Counted from the first letter of the stretch, positions 40,613-50,083 are shown. The stretch is DNA of 64,000 nt from Thermoanaerobaculia bacterium (GCA_049678185.1 JBAUDS010000369.1:354-64353), one strand, 5' to 3'. Notes: generated from the letters alone by a model not told the origin. Program-made: numbers and translations.

Positions 40613-42967
40613 GTGACCACCCGATTCTTTGGCCAGCGCATCACCCGTAACGAGGATCCCCGCCTGCTGACCGGTCAGGCGCTCTTTGTCGACGACGTGG
40701 CACTGCCCGACATGGGACACATCGCCTATGTCCGCAGCCCCTACGCCCACGCCCGGATCGGGGCGATCGACACCACGAAGGCACGGGAGATGCCGGGGGT
40801 AATCGCCATCTTCACCGCTGAGGAACTGGGGGACTACTGGCAGCCGGGACCGTTGCTGGTGTCGCCACCCCCGATCGAGCGCTGTGTCTTCCACCAGCGC
40901 ACCCAGTTCCCGCTGGCCAAGGACAAGGTGCGGCATCTCGGTGAGGCGGTGGCCGCGGTGGTGGCCACCAGCCGCTACGCCGCCGAGGACGCGGCCGAGG
41001 AGGTGGTGGTCGACTTCGAGCCGCTGCCCGGGGTGGTCGACCTCGAGCAGGCCCTGGCCGCCGACGCCCCGGTCCTCCACGACGATCTCGAGCACAATCT
41101 CGCAGCCCATGTCATCCAGGAGAAAGGGAGCTACGACCAGGCCAAAGCCGGGGCCGAGCTGGTGCTGCGCCGGCGTCTCCTCTACGAACACGGGACCGCC
41201 GCCGCCATGGAGAACCGGGGAATCGTCGCCGACTGGGATAGGCGCGCCCACCGGCTGACGGTGTGGGACACGACCCAGGCCCCGATCCCCATCCGCAACG
41301 GGCTGGCCGCCATGCTTGGGCTCTCCGAGAGCCAGGTGCGGGTCGTCGCCCCCTTTATCGGTGGCGGCTTTGGGCCAAAGATCATGATGTTCTACCCCGA
41401 GGAGATGCTGGTCCCCTGGATCTCGCTCCAGCTTGGGCGACCGGTCAAGTGGATCGAGGACCGCGAGGAGAACTTCACCGCCACCACCCAGGAGCGAGGT
41501 CAGATCCACGACTCCGAGATGGCGCTCTCGGGCGACGGCAAGATCCTCGGCATCCACGATGTCTATCTCCACGACACCGGGGCCTACGACCCCTACGGGC
41601 TGACCGTCCCCATCAACAGCCAGTGCACGCTGCTCGGGCCCTACGATGTGCCCAACTACTACAGCGAGTTCAAGGCGGTCTTCACCTCCCTGCCGATCGT
41701 CACTCCCTATCGCGGGGCGGGCCGTCAGCATGGCGTCTTCGTGGTCGAGCGCCTGCTCGACCTGGCCGCCCGCGAGTTGGGGATCGACCGCGCCGAGATC
41801 CGTCGGCGAAACTTCCTACCCCCCGACGCTTTCCCCCACAACCACGAGATCATCTACCAGGACTTCGCCCCGCTGGTCTACGACAGCGGCAACTACGAGC
41901 CGGTGCTAGACAAGGCACTCGAGATGGTCGGCTACGACAAGTTCGTCAAAGAGACCCAACCCCGGCTACGGGCCGAGGGCAAACACGTCGGTATCGGTGT
42001 GGTGGCCTATGTCGAGGGGACCGGGATCGGGCCCTACGAGGGGGCGCGGGTCCAGGTCCAGGCCAGCGGCAAGGTGAGCGTGGCAACCGGTATCGGCACC
42101 CAGGGCCAGGGGCACTTCACCTCGTTTGCCCAGATCGTCGCCGACCAGGTGGGGGTGGATGTCCGCGATGTCGAAGTGGTCACCGGCGACACCGACCAGT
42201 TCCACTGGGGGGCCGGCACCTTTGCCAGCCGTGGGGCGGTGGTGGCCGGCAACGCCATCCACGCGGCGGCCAAGGACGTGCGGCAGAGGATTCTCGAAGT
42301 GGCGAGCGACCAGCTCGAAGTAGCTGAGGAGGACTTGGAGATCGGCGAGGGGCAGGTGCGGGTCAAGGGTGTGCCGTCGAGTGCGATTCGACTGGGAGAG
42401 CTAGCGCTCAAGGCCAACCCGATGCGGGGCGCGGTCAAACCGGGGACCGAGCCCGGGCTCGAGGCCACCAACTACTTCGGACCCGAGCGGGGCGCCACCG
42501 CCAGCGGGGTCCACGCCATGATCCTGGAGATCGATCCCGAGACCATGCAGATAAAGATCGAGAAGTACGTGGTCGTCCACGACTGCGGCAAGGTCATCAA
42601 CCCACTCATCCTCGACGGCCAGGTCCACGGCGGGGTGGCCCAGGGTCTGGGCAACGCCTTCTACGAGCAGCTCCACTTCGACGACGAGGGCCAGCTCTTG
42701 AACGCCTCCTTTATGGACTATTTGCTGCCCACGGCGCTCGATGTGCCGCGGATCGAGACCGGCCACTGCGAGACCGACTCGCCCTTGAACGAGCTCGGGA
42801 TCAAGGGGGCCGGCGAGGCGGGGGCCATCCCCACCGCCCCGCTCTTTGTACAGGCGGTGGAAGACGCCCTCGCCATCGAGGGCTTCGAGATCCTGGAGAT
42901 CCCCTTGAGCCCCAGCCGGCTCTGGGAGCTCGTCCGTGCGCAGGCCGGGGGCAAGCAGAGCGGCTAG
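40613..42967 (+). CDS. Molybdenum hydroxylase molybdopterin-binding large subunit (form-II CoxL / xanthine dehydrogenase family), 784 aa.
   Basis: Aldehyde-oxidase/xanthine-dehydrogenase a/b hammerhead and MoCo-binding domains. The active-site loop reads PYRGAGR (AYRGAGR-type, not the AYRCSFR of true form-I CO dehydrogenase). GTG start with an AGGAG Shine-Dalgarno. Confidence 0.9.
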   Translation: MTTRFFGQRITRNEDPRLLTGQALFVDDVALPDMGHIAYVRSPYAHARIGAIDTTKAREMPGVIAIFTAEELGDYWQPGPLLVSPPPIERCVFHQRTQFPLAKDKVRHLGEAVAAVVATSRYAAEDAAEEVVVDFEPLPGVVDLEQALAADAPVLHDDLEHNLAAHVIQEKGSYDQAKAGAELVLRRRLLYEHGTAAAMENRGIVADWDRRAHRLTVWDTTQAPIPIRNGLAAMLGLSESQVRVVAPFIGGGFGPKIMMFYPEEMLVPWISLQLGRPVKWIEDREENFTATTQERGQIHDSEMALSGDGKILGIHDVYLHDTGAYDPYGLTVPINSQCTLLGPYDVPNYYSEFKAVFTSLPIVTPYRGAGRQHGVFVVERLLDLAARELGIDRAEIRRRNFLPPDAFPHNHEIIYQDFAPLVYDSGNYEPVLDKALEMVGYDKFVKETQPRLRAEGKHVGIGVVAYVEGTGIGPYEGARVQVQASGKVSVATGIGTQGQGHFTSFAQIVADQVGVDVRDVEVVTGDTDQFHWGAGTFASRGAVVAGNAIHAAAKDVRQRILEVASDQLEVAEEDLEIGEGQVRVKGVPSSAIRLGELALKANPMRGAVKPGTEPGLEATNYFGPERGATASGVHAMILEIDPETMQIKIEKYVVVHDCGKVINPLILDGQVHGGVAQGLGNAFYEQLHFDDEGQLLNASFMDYLLPTALDVPRIETGHCETDSPLNELGIKGAGEAGAIPTAPLFVQAVEDALAIEGFEILEIPLSPSRLWELVRAQAGGKQSG

Positions 42968-43332
42968 TCGCCGCCTTCGCTGCTCTTCATCTCCACCAAG
43001 ATCAGATCGATCGGTCCGTCCCCCACGTTCGCGGGCAGGTGGTCCCCGGCCGGGGTCCAGATCGCCTCTTTGCCCTTGTTCTCCACCTCCTGGGTCGAGC
43101 CATCGGCCATCGTGAACTGGACCATCTGGTCGGTCAAGAAGACGGCCACACTGTCTGGGTGGTAGTGCATCACCGACTTCTCACCCACGCCATAGGTGAT
43201 CCGCAATACCCGCACTTCGTCATTCTCGAACACCACCTTGTAGTGATCGGGGTCGACCTTGGTCGGGTCTTCCCCCGCCGACAAGGGCGCTACCGCCAGC
43301 AGAAGACACAGCATCATCAGACATCTACGCAT
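42964..43332 (-). CDS. Secreted cupin-domain protein (122 aa).
   Basis: Signal peptide (MRRCLMMLCLLLAVAPLSA) plus small cupin barrel (HYKVVFENDEVRVLRITYGVGEKSVMHYHPDSVAVFLTD). GGAGG Shine-Dalgarno 7 nt before the ATG at 43332. The upstream extension in the ORF track was rejected. Confidence 0.65.
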   Translation of the reverse strand: MRRCLMMLCLLLAVAPLSAGEDPTKVDPDHYKVVFENDEVRVLRITYGVGEKSVMHYHPDSVAVFLTDQMVQFTMADGSTQEVENKGKEAIWTPAGDHLPANVGDGPIDLILVEMKSSEGGD

Positions 43333-43447
43333 AGCAAACCTCCATTGCGACTCGAGCCGCGCTGCCGCGAGCTCATTCTCTGTTCGTGCGAAACTGCCGC
43401 GCATCCTACCACCAAGAAAGGGCGCTTGGGATAGGATTCGGGCCATC

Positions 43448-44803
43448 TTGTCCGCCACCGAGATCGTGACCGAGGCGCCCGCCACCCGGCCGGCCGAGGC
43501 GGCTCCCCGTGTCGTCTACGACATCGACGACCGGCCACCGCTCAGGGAGGCCATCCCCCTCGGTTTCCAACACCTGGTGGCGATGCTGCTGGGGAACATC
43601 ACCCCGCCGCTCCTCATAACCGGGGCGCTGGGGCTGGCCACCGGCGACATAGCCTTCATGCTGCAAGTGGTCTTGGTGATGGCGGGACTCGCCACCCTGG
43701 TCCAGGCCTACCCCATCGGCCCGGTGGGTGGCCGCATCCCGGTCATCATGGGGACCTCGATCGCCTTTGTCGGCGGCGCCATTGCCATCGGTCGCCAGCA
43801 CGGTCTGGCGGTGGTCTTTGGTGCCTGTCTCGCCGCCTCCGTAGTGGAGATCGTCCTGGGCTTCTCCATCGTCCGGCTGAGACGGCTCTTCCCCCCGCTG
43901 GTCAACGGCATCGTGGTCATGCTCATCGGTCTGACGCTGATCCCGGTGGGGATGGACTATGCCGCTGGTGGGGTCAACGCGGAGGACTACGGCTCGCTCA
44001 CCAACCTGGGGATCGCCGCGGTGGTCTTTCTCATCACCCTGCTGCTCAACCAGTTCGGCCGGGGCTTTGTCAGCTACGCCAGCATGCTGATCGGGGTGAC
44101 CGTCGGCTATGCCGCGGCCTTCAGCCTGGGAAAGGTAGACCTTACCCACGTCGCCGACGCCGCCTGGTTCGCTCTCCCCCGCCCACTCGCCTACGGTCTC
44201 GAGTTCCAGTGGACGGCAATCCTGGTGATGGGTTTTATCTATGTGATCTCCACCATGGAGACCATCGGCGACATCACCGGCACCATTGCCGCCGTCGGCC
44301 GCGAACCCACCGACAGCGAGCTACGAGGAGGCCTCATCGCCGACGGGGTCATGAGCGGCTTCGCGGCGCTCTTCAGCGCCTTCCCCAACACTTCGTACTC
44401 TCAGAATGTCGGACTGGTCAATTTCACCGGTGTCGTCAGCCGGCATGTCACCGCCATCGGCGGCATCATCCTCGTGGCCCTGGGAGTGGTCCCCAAGGTC
44501 GGTGCCCTCTTCGCCACCATCCCCCCCGCGGTCATCGGCGGTGGGGGCTTGATCATGTTCGCCATGATCTTTGCCTCCGGTCTCTCCATCATCCACCGCT
44601 CGGTCCCCCTCACCCGCCGCAACCTCGTCATCCTCGCCGTCGCCACCGGCCTGGGGCTGGGAGTCGAGCTCCGCCCAGACGCTTTGCAGTACCTTCCCGA
44701 GGGACTGCGCACCTTCTTCGGCTCGGGGTTGATTGCGGGCGGGCTGACGGCACTGGTGCTGAATGTCATCTTCCCCGACAAGGAACGAATGGAGACCGGT
44801 TAG
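43448..44803 (+). CDS. NCS2 family nucleobase:cation symporter (xanthine/uracil permease family).
   Basis: The N-terminal DDRPPL...GFQHLVAMLLGN, about 12-14 TM segments, and NCS2 signature regions are all typical. There is no in-frame ATG before the conserved N-terminus. The start was therefore assigned to TTG 43448, or GTG 43466 as an alternative. The start is uncertain. Confidence 0.75.
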   Translation: MSATEIVTEAPATRPAEAAPRVVYDIDDRPPLREAIPLGFQHLVAMLLGNITPPLLITGALGLATGDIAFMLQVVLVMAGLATLVQAYPIGPVGGRIPVIMGTSIAFVGGAIAIGRQHGLAVVFGACLAASVVEIVLGFSIVRLRRLFPPLVNGIVVMLIGLTLIPVGMDYAAGGVNAEDYGSLTNLGIAAVVFLITLLLNQFGRGFVSYASMLIGVTVGYAAAFSLGKVDLTHVADAAWFALPRPLAYGLEFQWTAILVMGFIYVISTMETIGDITGTIAAVGREPTDSELRGGLIADGVMSGFAALFSAFPNTSYSQNVGLVNFTGVVSRHVTAIGGIILVALGVVPKVGALFATIPPAVIGGGGLIMFAMIFASGLSIIHRSVPLTRRNLVILAVATGLGLGVELRPDALQYLPEGLRTFFGSGLIAGGLTALVLNVIFPDKERMETG

Positions 44804-44811
44804 AGGTAGAG

Positions 44812-45051
44812 GTGGAGGCCGAAACATCGAACAGCTTTTCGAGTGTTGCCCCAATCCTTGTGATTCTGGGATACGCGGCGGCTTTTCATCTTCTGTACTC
44901 GGCAAGGGAACGGTACGGCTGGACGAGGAGGACAGTAGGCTGGTTGGGGAGGGTCACCAGGCATGGAGAGAGCATCGTCCTAATTTGGGCGCTCATTGCC
45001 GACATGTTGGCAGTGGTGTTCATCATTCTCTGGCTGACGGGGGCCCGTTGA
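44812..45051 (+). CDS. Possible small 2-TM membrane protein (79 aa) in a lower-GC gap.
   Basis: GTG start preceded by GAGGT. Two hydrophobic helices (APILVILGYAAAFHLLY; SIVLIWALIADMLAVVFIILWL). GC3 is lower than the genome norm, so this may be non-coding. Confidence 0.2.
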   Translation: MEAETSNSFSSVAPILVILGYAAAFHLLYSARERYGWTRRTVGWLGRVTRHGESIVLIWALIADMLAVVFIILWLTGAR

Positions 45052-45102
45052 GCCGGTGAACGATCGGATCATGAGACCGATTAGGTGTAGGAGGCACGTG
45101 GC

Positions 45103-45759
45103 ATGAGATCGATAAGCAGGGTGTTGCCGGTGGTGCTGCTGGTGGCCACGGTCGTGGTGCTGGTGGTCTCGGGGATCAATCCTTATGACCGGGTGACCTG
45201 GCTGTTGGAGGTGTTGCCGGTGCTGATCGGGGTCCCGTTGCTGGTGGTGACCTATCAGCGGTTTCCTTTGACTAATCTGCTTTATGGGTTGTTGTTTGTG
45301 CATGCTTTGATTCTGATCGTCGGGGGGCACTACACCTATGCCCGGGTGCCGGTGGGGTTCTGGTTTCAGGAGCTCTTTGATATGTCGCGCAATCACTACG
45401 ACCGGTTGGGGCATCTGGCGCAGGGGTTTGTGCCGGCGATTCTGGCGCGGGAGCTTCTGCTGCGGACCTCTCCACTCCGCGCGGGGAGGTGGCTCTTCTT
45501 CCTGGTGGTTTGCGTATGCCTGGCCTTCTCGGCGTTCTACGAGCTGATCGAGTGGTGGACGGCGCTGATCGGTGGCGGCTCGGCGGATGATTTTCTAGGC
45601 AGCCAGGGGGACGTCTGGGATGCGCAGTGGGACATGTTTCTGGCGCTGATCGGGGCGATAACCTCTCAGTTGCTGCTGTCCGCGTGGCATGACCGGGGGC
45701 TGGCGCGGCTGGGGCTACCTGGGTTTTCGGCCGGCACGGAGGCCGGCCGCTTCGACTGA
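45103..45759 (+). CDS. DUF2238 (YjdF-like) inner-membrane protein.
   Basis: 218 aa with multiple TM helices and a conserved DUF2238-like core (LIVGGHYTYARVPVGFWFQELFDMSRNHYDRLGHLAQGFVPAILAREL). AGGAGG Shine-Dalgarno. Confidence 0.7.
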   Translation: MRSISRVLPVVLLVATVVVLVVSGINPYDRVTWLLEVLPVLIGVPLLVVTYQRFPLTNLLYGLLFVHALILIVGGHYTYARVPVGFWFQELFDMSRNHYDRLGHLAQGFVPAILARELLLRTSPLRAGRWLFFLVVCVCLAFSAFYELIEWWTALIGGGSADDFLGSQGDVWDAQWDMFLALIGAITSQLLLSAWHDRGLARLGLPGFSAGTEAGRFD

Positions 45760-45822
45760 TCAAAATCTCGGCGAAGGATTTTTGCCTCGACATGACTCAT
45801 ACTTACGGGTCAGGGTGAGTGT

Positions 45823-46431
45823 ATGGACGGCGAGGCTAGCGACAAGACACTGGTAAAGCGGTTGCTTGCCGGTGACGAAGAGGCCTTTGAAGAGTTCTTC
45901 CACGGCTATTTTCCTCGCCTCTATCGCTTTGCCCTGGCCCGGGTCGACAACTGTCCCGATGCGGCCGAGGAGATCACCCAGGTAACCCTCACCAAGGTGG
46001 TTTCCAAGCTCGGGACCTACCGTGGGGAGGCCAGATTGTTTACCTGGCTTTGCACCTTCTGCCGGCACGAGATCAGCGCCTATTGGCGGCGGGAGAACCG
46101 TCAGCCGCACCAGGTGGATCTGATCGAGGAGATCCCGGAGATCCGGGCCACCCTGGAGACCCTGCTGGTGTCGAGCGGTGGCGGGCCGGAGGAGAGGTTG
46201 CACCGCAAGGAGATTGCCCGTCTGGTACAGGTCACCCTCGATCATCTGCCGCCCCGGTATGGCGACGCGCTGGAGTGGAAGTACATCCATGGACTGACGG
46301 TCAAGGAGATTGCGGAGCTGCTGCAGGTGGGCCCAAAGGCCGCCGAATCGCTGCTGACGCGGGCTCGCCAGGCATTTCGCGAGGGCTTCTCCGCCCTCGG
46401 CGAGCCACATTTAGCGCTAATTCGGAGCTGA
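45823..46431 (+). CDS. ECF-subfamily RNA polymerase sigma-70 factor.
   Basis: Region 2 (FEEFFHGYFPRLYRFALARV...AEEITQVTLTKV) and region 4 HTH (ALEWKYIHGLTVKEIAELLQVGPKAAESLLTRAR). Confidence 0.85.
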   Translation: MDGEASDKTLVKRLLAGDEEAFEEFFHGYFPRLYRFALARVDNCPDAAEEITQVTLTKVVSKLGTYRGEARLFTWLCTFCRHEISAYWRRENRQPHQVDLIEEIPEIRATLETLLVSSGGGPEERLHRKEIARLVQVTLDHLPPRYGDALEWKYIHGLTVKEIAELLQVGPKAAESLLTRARQAFREGFSALGEPHLALIRS

Positions 46432-46452
46432 TTGGACAGAGGTATTCGAGCC

Positions 46453-47505
46453 ATGAGCAACATCGACAACCAACAGCCGCTGGACCAGGATCGACTGGAC
46501 GCCGAGCAGGAACAGATCGCCCGGCTGCTCCGGTTTGCCGGCCCGCGTCTTGCCGTTCCCGACGAGAGGGCCATCCGTGTCAAGGCTGCCGTGCACGTCG
46601 AATGGAGGGAGTCGATCCGGGCCCGGCAAAGGAGACGGGCCTATCTGTGGGCAGGTACCGGTCTGGCCGCGGCTGCGGTGTTGGCGCTGGCTGTCGGTCT
46701 GACGCTCCGCCCCGCTCCCGACACGCCTCTTCTGGTCCCAACCCAGCTGGTCGCTACCCTGGAGGCCGCCACCGGTTCCGTGCGTCATCTCCAGTCGGCG
46801 GACGATGCCGGGGATCCCGGTGCGCGTTTGGCGCCGGGCGACACGGTGTTCTCCGGCACGGCGGTCAGGACCGAGCCCGGCACCCGAGCGGCCCTACGCC
46901 TCGCCGGCGGCCCGTCGCTGCGTTTGGGCTACGGCACTCTGGTGCGGTTCGTGTCGGAGTCGGATCTCATTCTGGAGGCGGGCCGGATTTACCTCGATTC
47001 GGGCGCACTCGGGGAGGGCGAGTCGTCCATCTCGGTCCGCACCCCTTTTGGGCTGGTCGAGGACATCGGTACCCAGTTCGAGGTCGATATCAGGGAGCAG
47101 GGGATAAAAGTGCGGGTCCGTGAAGGTCTGGTAACCCTGGACCACGAGGATCGGGTCTTCGAGGCGCCGGCCGGTGTCGAGCTGACTATCAACGACGACG
47201 GCGAGCTGACCCGTGGTTCGGTGCCGATCTACGGCCCGCAGTGGGACTGGATCCTGGAGATCGCACCTCCCTTCGAGCTGGAGGGTAGCCGGCTGGAGAC
47301 TTTTCTCGGCTGGGTGGCAAGAGAGACCGGGTGGGAGATGCACTACGCCGACAGCGAGTTGCAGAAGGCGACCGCCGGCACCATTCTGCACGGCTCGATC
47401 ACCGGTCTGAGACCCGATCAGGCCCTCGAAGCGGTGCTGCCGACCTGCGGGCTGGTCTTTCGCGAAGAGGGAGGAACGGTTACCATCGTCGCTGGCCTAC
47501 TCTGA
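46453..47505 (+). CDS. FecR-family anti-sigma factor / transmembrane sensor.
   Basis: Cytoplasmic N-terminus, one TM (AYLWAGTGLAAAAVLALAVGL), and a periplasmic FecR domain (RLAPGDTVFSGTAVRTEPGTRAALRLAGGPSLRL...TPFGLVEDIGTQFEV). It immediately follows the ECF sigma. Confidence 0.75.
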   Translation: MSNIDNQQPLDQDRLDAEQEQIARLLRFAGPRLAVPDERAIRVKAAVHVEWRESIRARQRRRAYLWAGTGLAAAAVLALAVGLTLRPAPDTPLLVPTQLVATLEAATGSVRHLQSADDAGDPGARLAPGDTVFSGTAVRTEPGTRAALRLAGGPSLRLGYGTLVRFVSESDLILEAGRIYLDSGALGEGESSISVRTPFGLVEDIGTQFEVDIREQGIKVRVREGLVTLDHEDRVFEAPAGVELTINDDGELTRGSVPIYGPQWDWILEIAPPFELEGSRLETFLGWVARETGWEMHYADSELQKATAGTILHGSITGLRPDQALEAVLPTCGLVFREEGGTVTIVAGLL

Positions 47506-47525
47506 TCGACAACCCACAGCCCACC

Positions 47526-48635
47526 ATGCGCGCCAAGGCCATCACCGCCACTCTGGCGATCCTGCTGCTCCCGCTTCCGGCCGGCGCCTCGGAACCCAAG
47601 TCCTTCAAAAAGAAGGACTTCCAGAAACAATACAGGCAAGTCCTCGGGCGTTACGCCGACGGCGACTTCGACGGCGCGGTGACCACTCTTGTCGACCTCG
47701 AGTCAGCCACGTTCGCGGAGCACGGGGCCAAGGTGCTCAATCGGATGTGGAAGGCCAAGCTCCAGGTTTTGAAAGACCTCATGTTGGAGGGTGGTTTGGA
47801 AGTTTTGGCGCCTGTGGCCCTGCTTCACGAGGACACCTATGTGGCCTTTCTCGACCTGGGGAGCCCACCGCTGGCGAGACACTCGCGCACCATGGCTGCT
47901 GATCTGGTGCAGTTCTACTCCGAGCAGGTGGAGAGCGACGAGAGTCAGCAAATGGCCAGCGGTCTGATGGCCAGCCTCGCCGGTCGCTTCCAGGAGGCCT
48001 ACCTGGACTCGGCGGCAGCCGAGCTCTTCGTCCTCGCCCTTGAAGTCGACTCTCGAAACGTGGCGGCGCTCCAGGGACTCGCCGGGATCTATGAGAGGCA
48101 AGGCGAGTACGAGAGGACGGTCATGTACCTCGAACAGCTGACAGCGCTCGATGGGCCAAATCGAGAGGGACGGTTGCGACTAGCTGTCAATCTGATACGA
48201 CTCGACCGTCAACGCGAGGCCGGCGAGACGCTGCGCCGGCTGGTCGAGGAGCCACAGAGTGACTGGATCCTCTCGCTCGCCTATCAGGAGCTCGCTCGCA
48301 TCCTGACCGACAACGGGGACTTCGCCTCGGCGCGAGCTCTGCTGGAAGAGGCCGCCACAAGACTACCTCGTGACCCTTCGCTGTCGATTCAACTGGCGTA
48401 TGTCTCGGATCGGGACGAGCCCGCCGATGCCGAGTCCGACCTGCACCTGGCGCTCAGCCGATGCGCAGCCGAGGGAGACGAGTCTCCCCGCTATCTCTAT
48501 AGCCAGGTTCCCAAAAGCGCCCTCGGGGATCTCCGTCGAGCGCTGCGCCGGGAGCGAGACGACCGGCTCTTGCTGCTGGCCGCCGCGCTCGACGTTCGCC
48601 ACCGCTTCGACGCGGCTACGGAGGCAGGATCGTAG
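47526..48635 (+). CDS. Secreted TPR-like repeat protein.
   Basis: Signal peptide (MRAKAITATLAILLLPLPAGA). TPR-like helical repeats (AALQGLAGIYERQGEYERTVMYLEQL...). Confidence 0.6.
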   Translation: MRAKAITATLAILLLPLPAGASEPKSFKKKDFQKQYRQVLGRYADGDFDGAVTTLVDLESATFAEHGAKVLNRMWKAKLQVLKDLMLEGGLEVLAPVALLHEDTYVAFLDLGSPPLARHSRTMAADLVQFYSEQVESDESQQMASGLMASLAGRFQEAYLDSAAAELFVLALEVDSRNVAALQGLAGIYERQGEYERTVMYLEQLTALDGPNREGRLRLAVNLIRLDRQREAGETLRRLVEEPQSDWILSLAYQELARILTDNGDFASARALLEEAATRLPRDPSLSIQLAYVSDRDEPADAESDLHLALSRCAAEGDESPRYLYSQVPKSALGDLRRALRRERDDRLLLLAAALDVRHRFDAATEAGS

Positions 48636-50063
48636 ATGCCGCGCTCACCAACAATCGGACGGTGCCTGGCCCGACTCATGTTGGTGAGTGTGCTGTGGGT
48701 CGGTGTGCCGCAGCTCGCCGCCGATGACGCCGGCAAGATGAGCTATGCCGGGCGCCCGCTGGTGGAGGTTCTCCGCGACTTCCAGAACCGCGGTCTGAGA
48801 ATCCTCTACAGCAGCGACCTCGTCCGACCCGACATGGTGATCACCAAAACACCCACCGCCACTACCCTCCACGGTATTCTCGAGCAGCTCCTGGCACCCT
48901 ATGGCCTCAAGCCCGAGATTGGCCCCCTGGGGAGCGTCCTCGTCGTGCGCAAGGAGGCCAGACCCATCCCGGTGAGGATCACCCACCCGACCGGCAATCA
49001 AGCGGTTTTTGGTGAGATCGAGATCTCGGCAGTCGTGGAAACCGAGGCGGAAGTCGACCGGGTGGAGTTCTATGTCAACGACCGCCTGGTGGCCACGGTC
49101 GCCCGACCACCCTACCGCGCGCTGATCGACATTGGAGAAGACAACATCGATCGCGAGTTCCGAGCCGTCGCCTACGGTGCTTGGGGTGGCAGGGGGATCT
49201 CGATCGTCGACACCACGCAGGTCGAGTTCGAAGAAGAGGTCGAGATCGCGCTCAAGCAGGTCTATGTCACCATCACCCGCTCGGGGCACCCGGTGACCAA
49301 CCTCGAGCCGGAAGACTTCACCGTTATCGACAACGGCTACCAGCGGAATCTGGTGACCTTCGAACGGGGAGACATCCCCCTGACGGCGGTGCTGCTGGTA
49401 GATGCCAGCGAGAGCATGAAGAAAGGGTATGTCGAGGCCGTGACCAACGGCTCCCGAGCCTTTCTGACGCGGATGAACCCTCTCGACCAGGCCATGATGA
49501 TGCTCTTCTGCGACCGAACCCTGGCGGCTACTCCCTTCTCGCAGCGAGCCGAAGATCTACTGCGCCCGCTGCAGGGGACACCCTTTGTCGGTGGTACGGC
49601 GCTCAACGACCACCTGTACGCCTCGCTCAAGGTGCTCGACCAGCAGCAGGGTCGAAGGGTCGTGATTCTGCTCTCCGACGGCCGGGATGTGCTCAGCACT
49701 CTGCGCATGGAGGACGTCCTGTGGAAGGTGCACCGCAGCGACGCCGTGGTCTACTGGATCCGGCTGCTCAAGCGGGGTCGGGGATCGTTCTCTTCCGCCT
49801 GGCGCGATTTCGAGGAGAACTCCCGCGAGCAGGAGGATCTCGAGCGGGCGGTGAAGGCGAGCGGTGGGAGAATCGTAGCCCTCTCGAGCATCGACGAGAT
49901 CGAGGGTGCCTTTGACAACATCATGACCGAGCTGCGCGAACAGTACGTGCTCGGCTACTACCCCGACGGCCGCGCCAACGACGGCCGCTGGCGCCCCGTC
50001 AAGGTCAAGGTCGACGCCTTTGGCGCCAAGGTGAGATACAGCACCGGCTACATCGACAACTGA
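48636..50063 (+). CDS. Secreted VWA-domain protein, paralogue of the protein at 32521-34998 (Acidobacterial VWFA-related family-like).
   Basis: Signal peptide. VWA with MIDAS (LTAVLLVDASESM ... GGTALNDHLY ... VVILLSDGRD). The C-terminal tail (...LREQYVLGYYP...KVKVD...) resembles the first VWA protein. Confidence 0.8.
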   Translation: MPRSPTIGRCLARLMLVSVLWVGVPQLAADDAGKMSYAGRPLVEVLRDFQNRGLRILYSSDLVRPDMVITKTPTATTLHGILEQLLAPYGLKPEIGPLGSVLVVRKEARPIPVRITHPTGNQAVFGEIEISAVVETEAEVDRVEFYVNDRLVATVARPPYRALIDIGEDNIDREFRAVAYGAWGGRGISIVDTTQVEFEEEVEIALKQVYVTITRSGHPVTNLEPEDFTVIDNGYQRNLVTFERGDIPLTAVLLVDASESMKKGYVEAVTNGSRAFLTRMNPLDQAMMMLFCDRTLAATPFSQRAEDLLRPLQGTPFVGGTALNDHLYASLKVLDQQQGRRVVILLSDGRDVLSTLRMEDVLWKVHRSDAVVYWIRLLKRGRGSFSSAWRDFEENSREQEDLERAVKASGGRIVALSSIDEIEGAFDNIMTELREQYVLGYYPDGRANDGRWRPVKVKVDAFGAKVRYSTGYIDN

Positions 50064-50083
50064 ACCCGGCTACCATTGCCCTC

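Noticed and set aside
43259-43447. Upstream extension of the NCS2 permease ORF.
   Set aside because: It overlaps the cupin gene on the other strand and contains no ATG. The conserved permease N-terminus begins just after TTG 43448.
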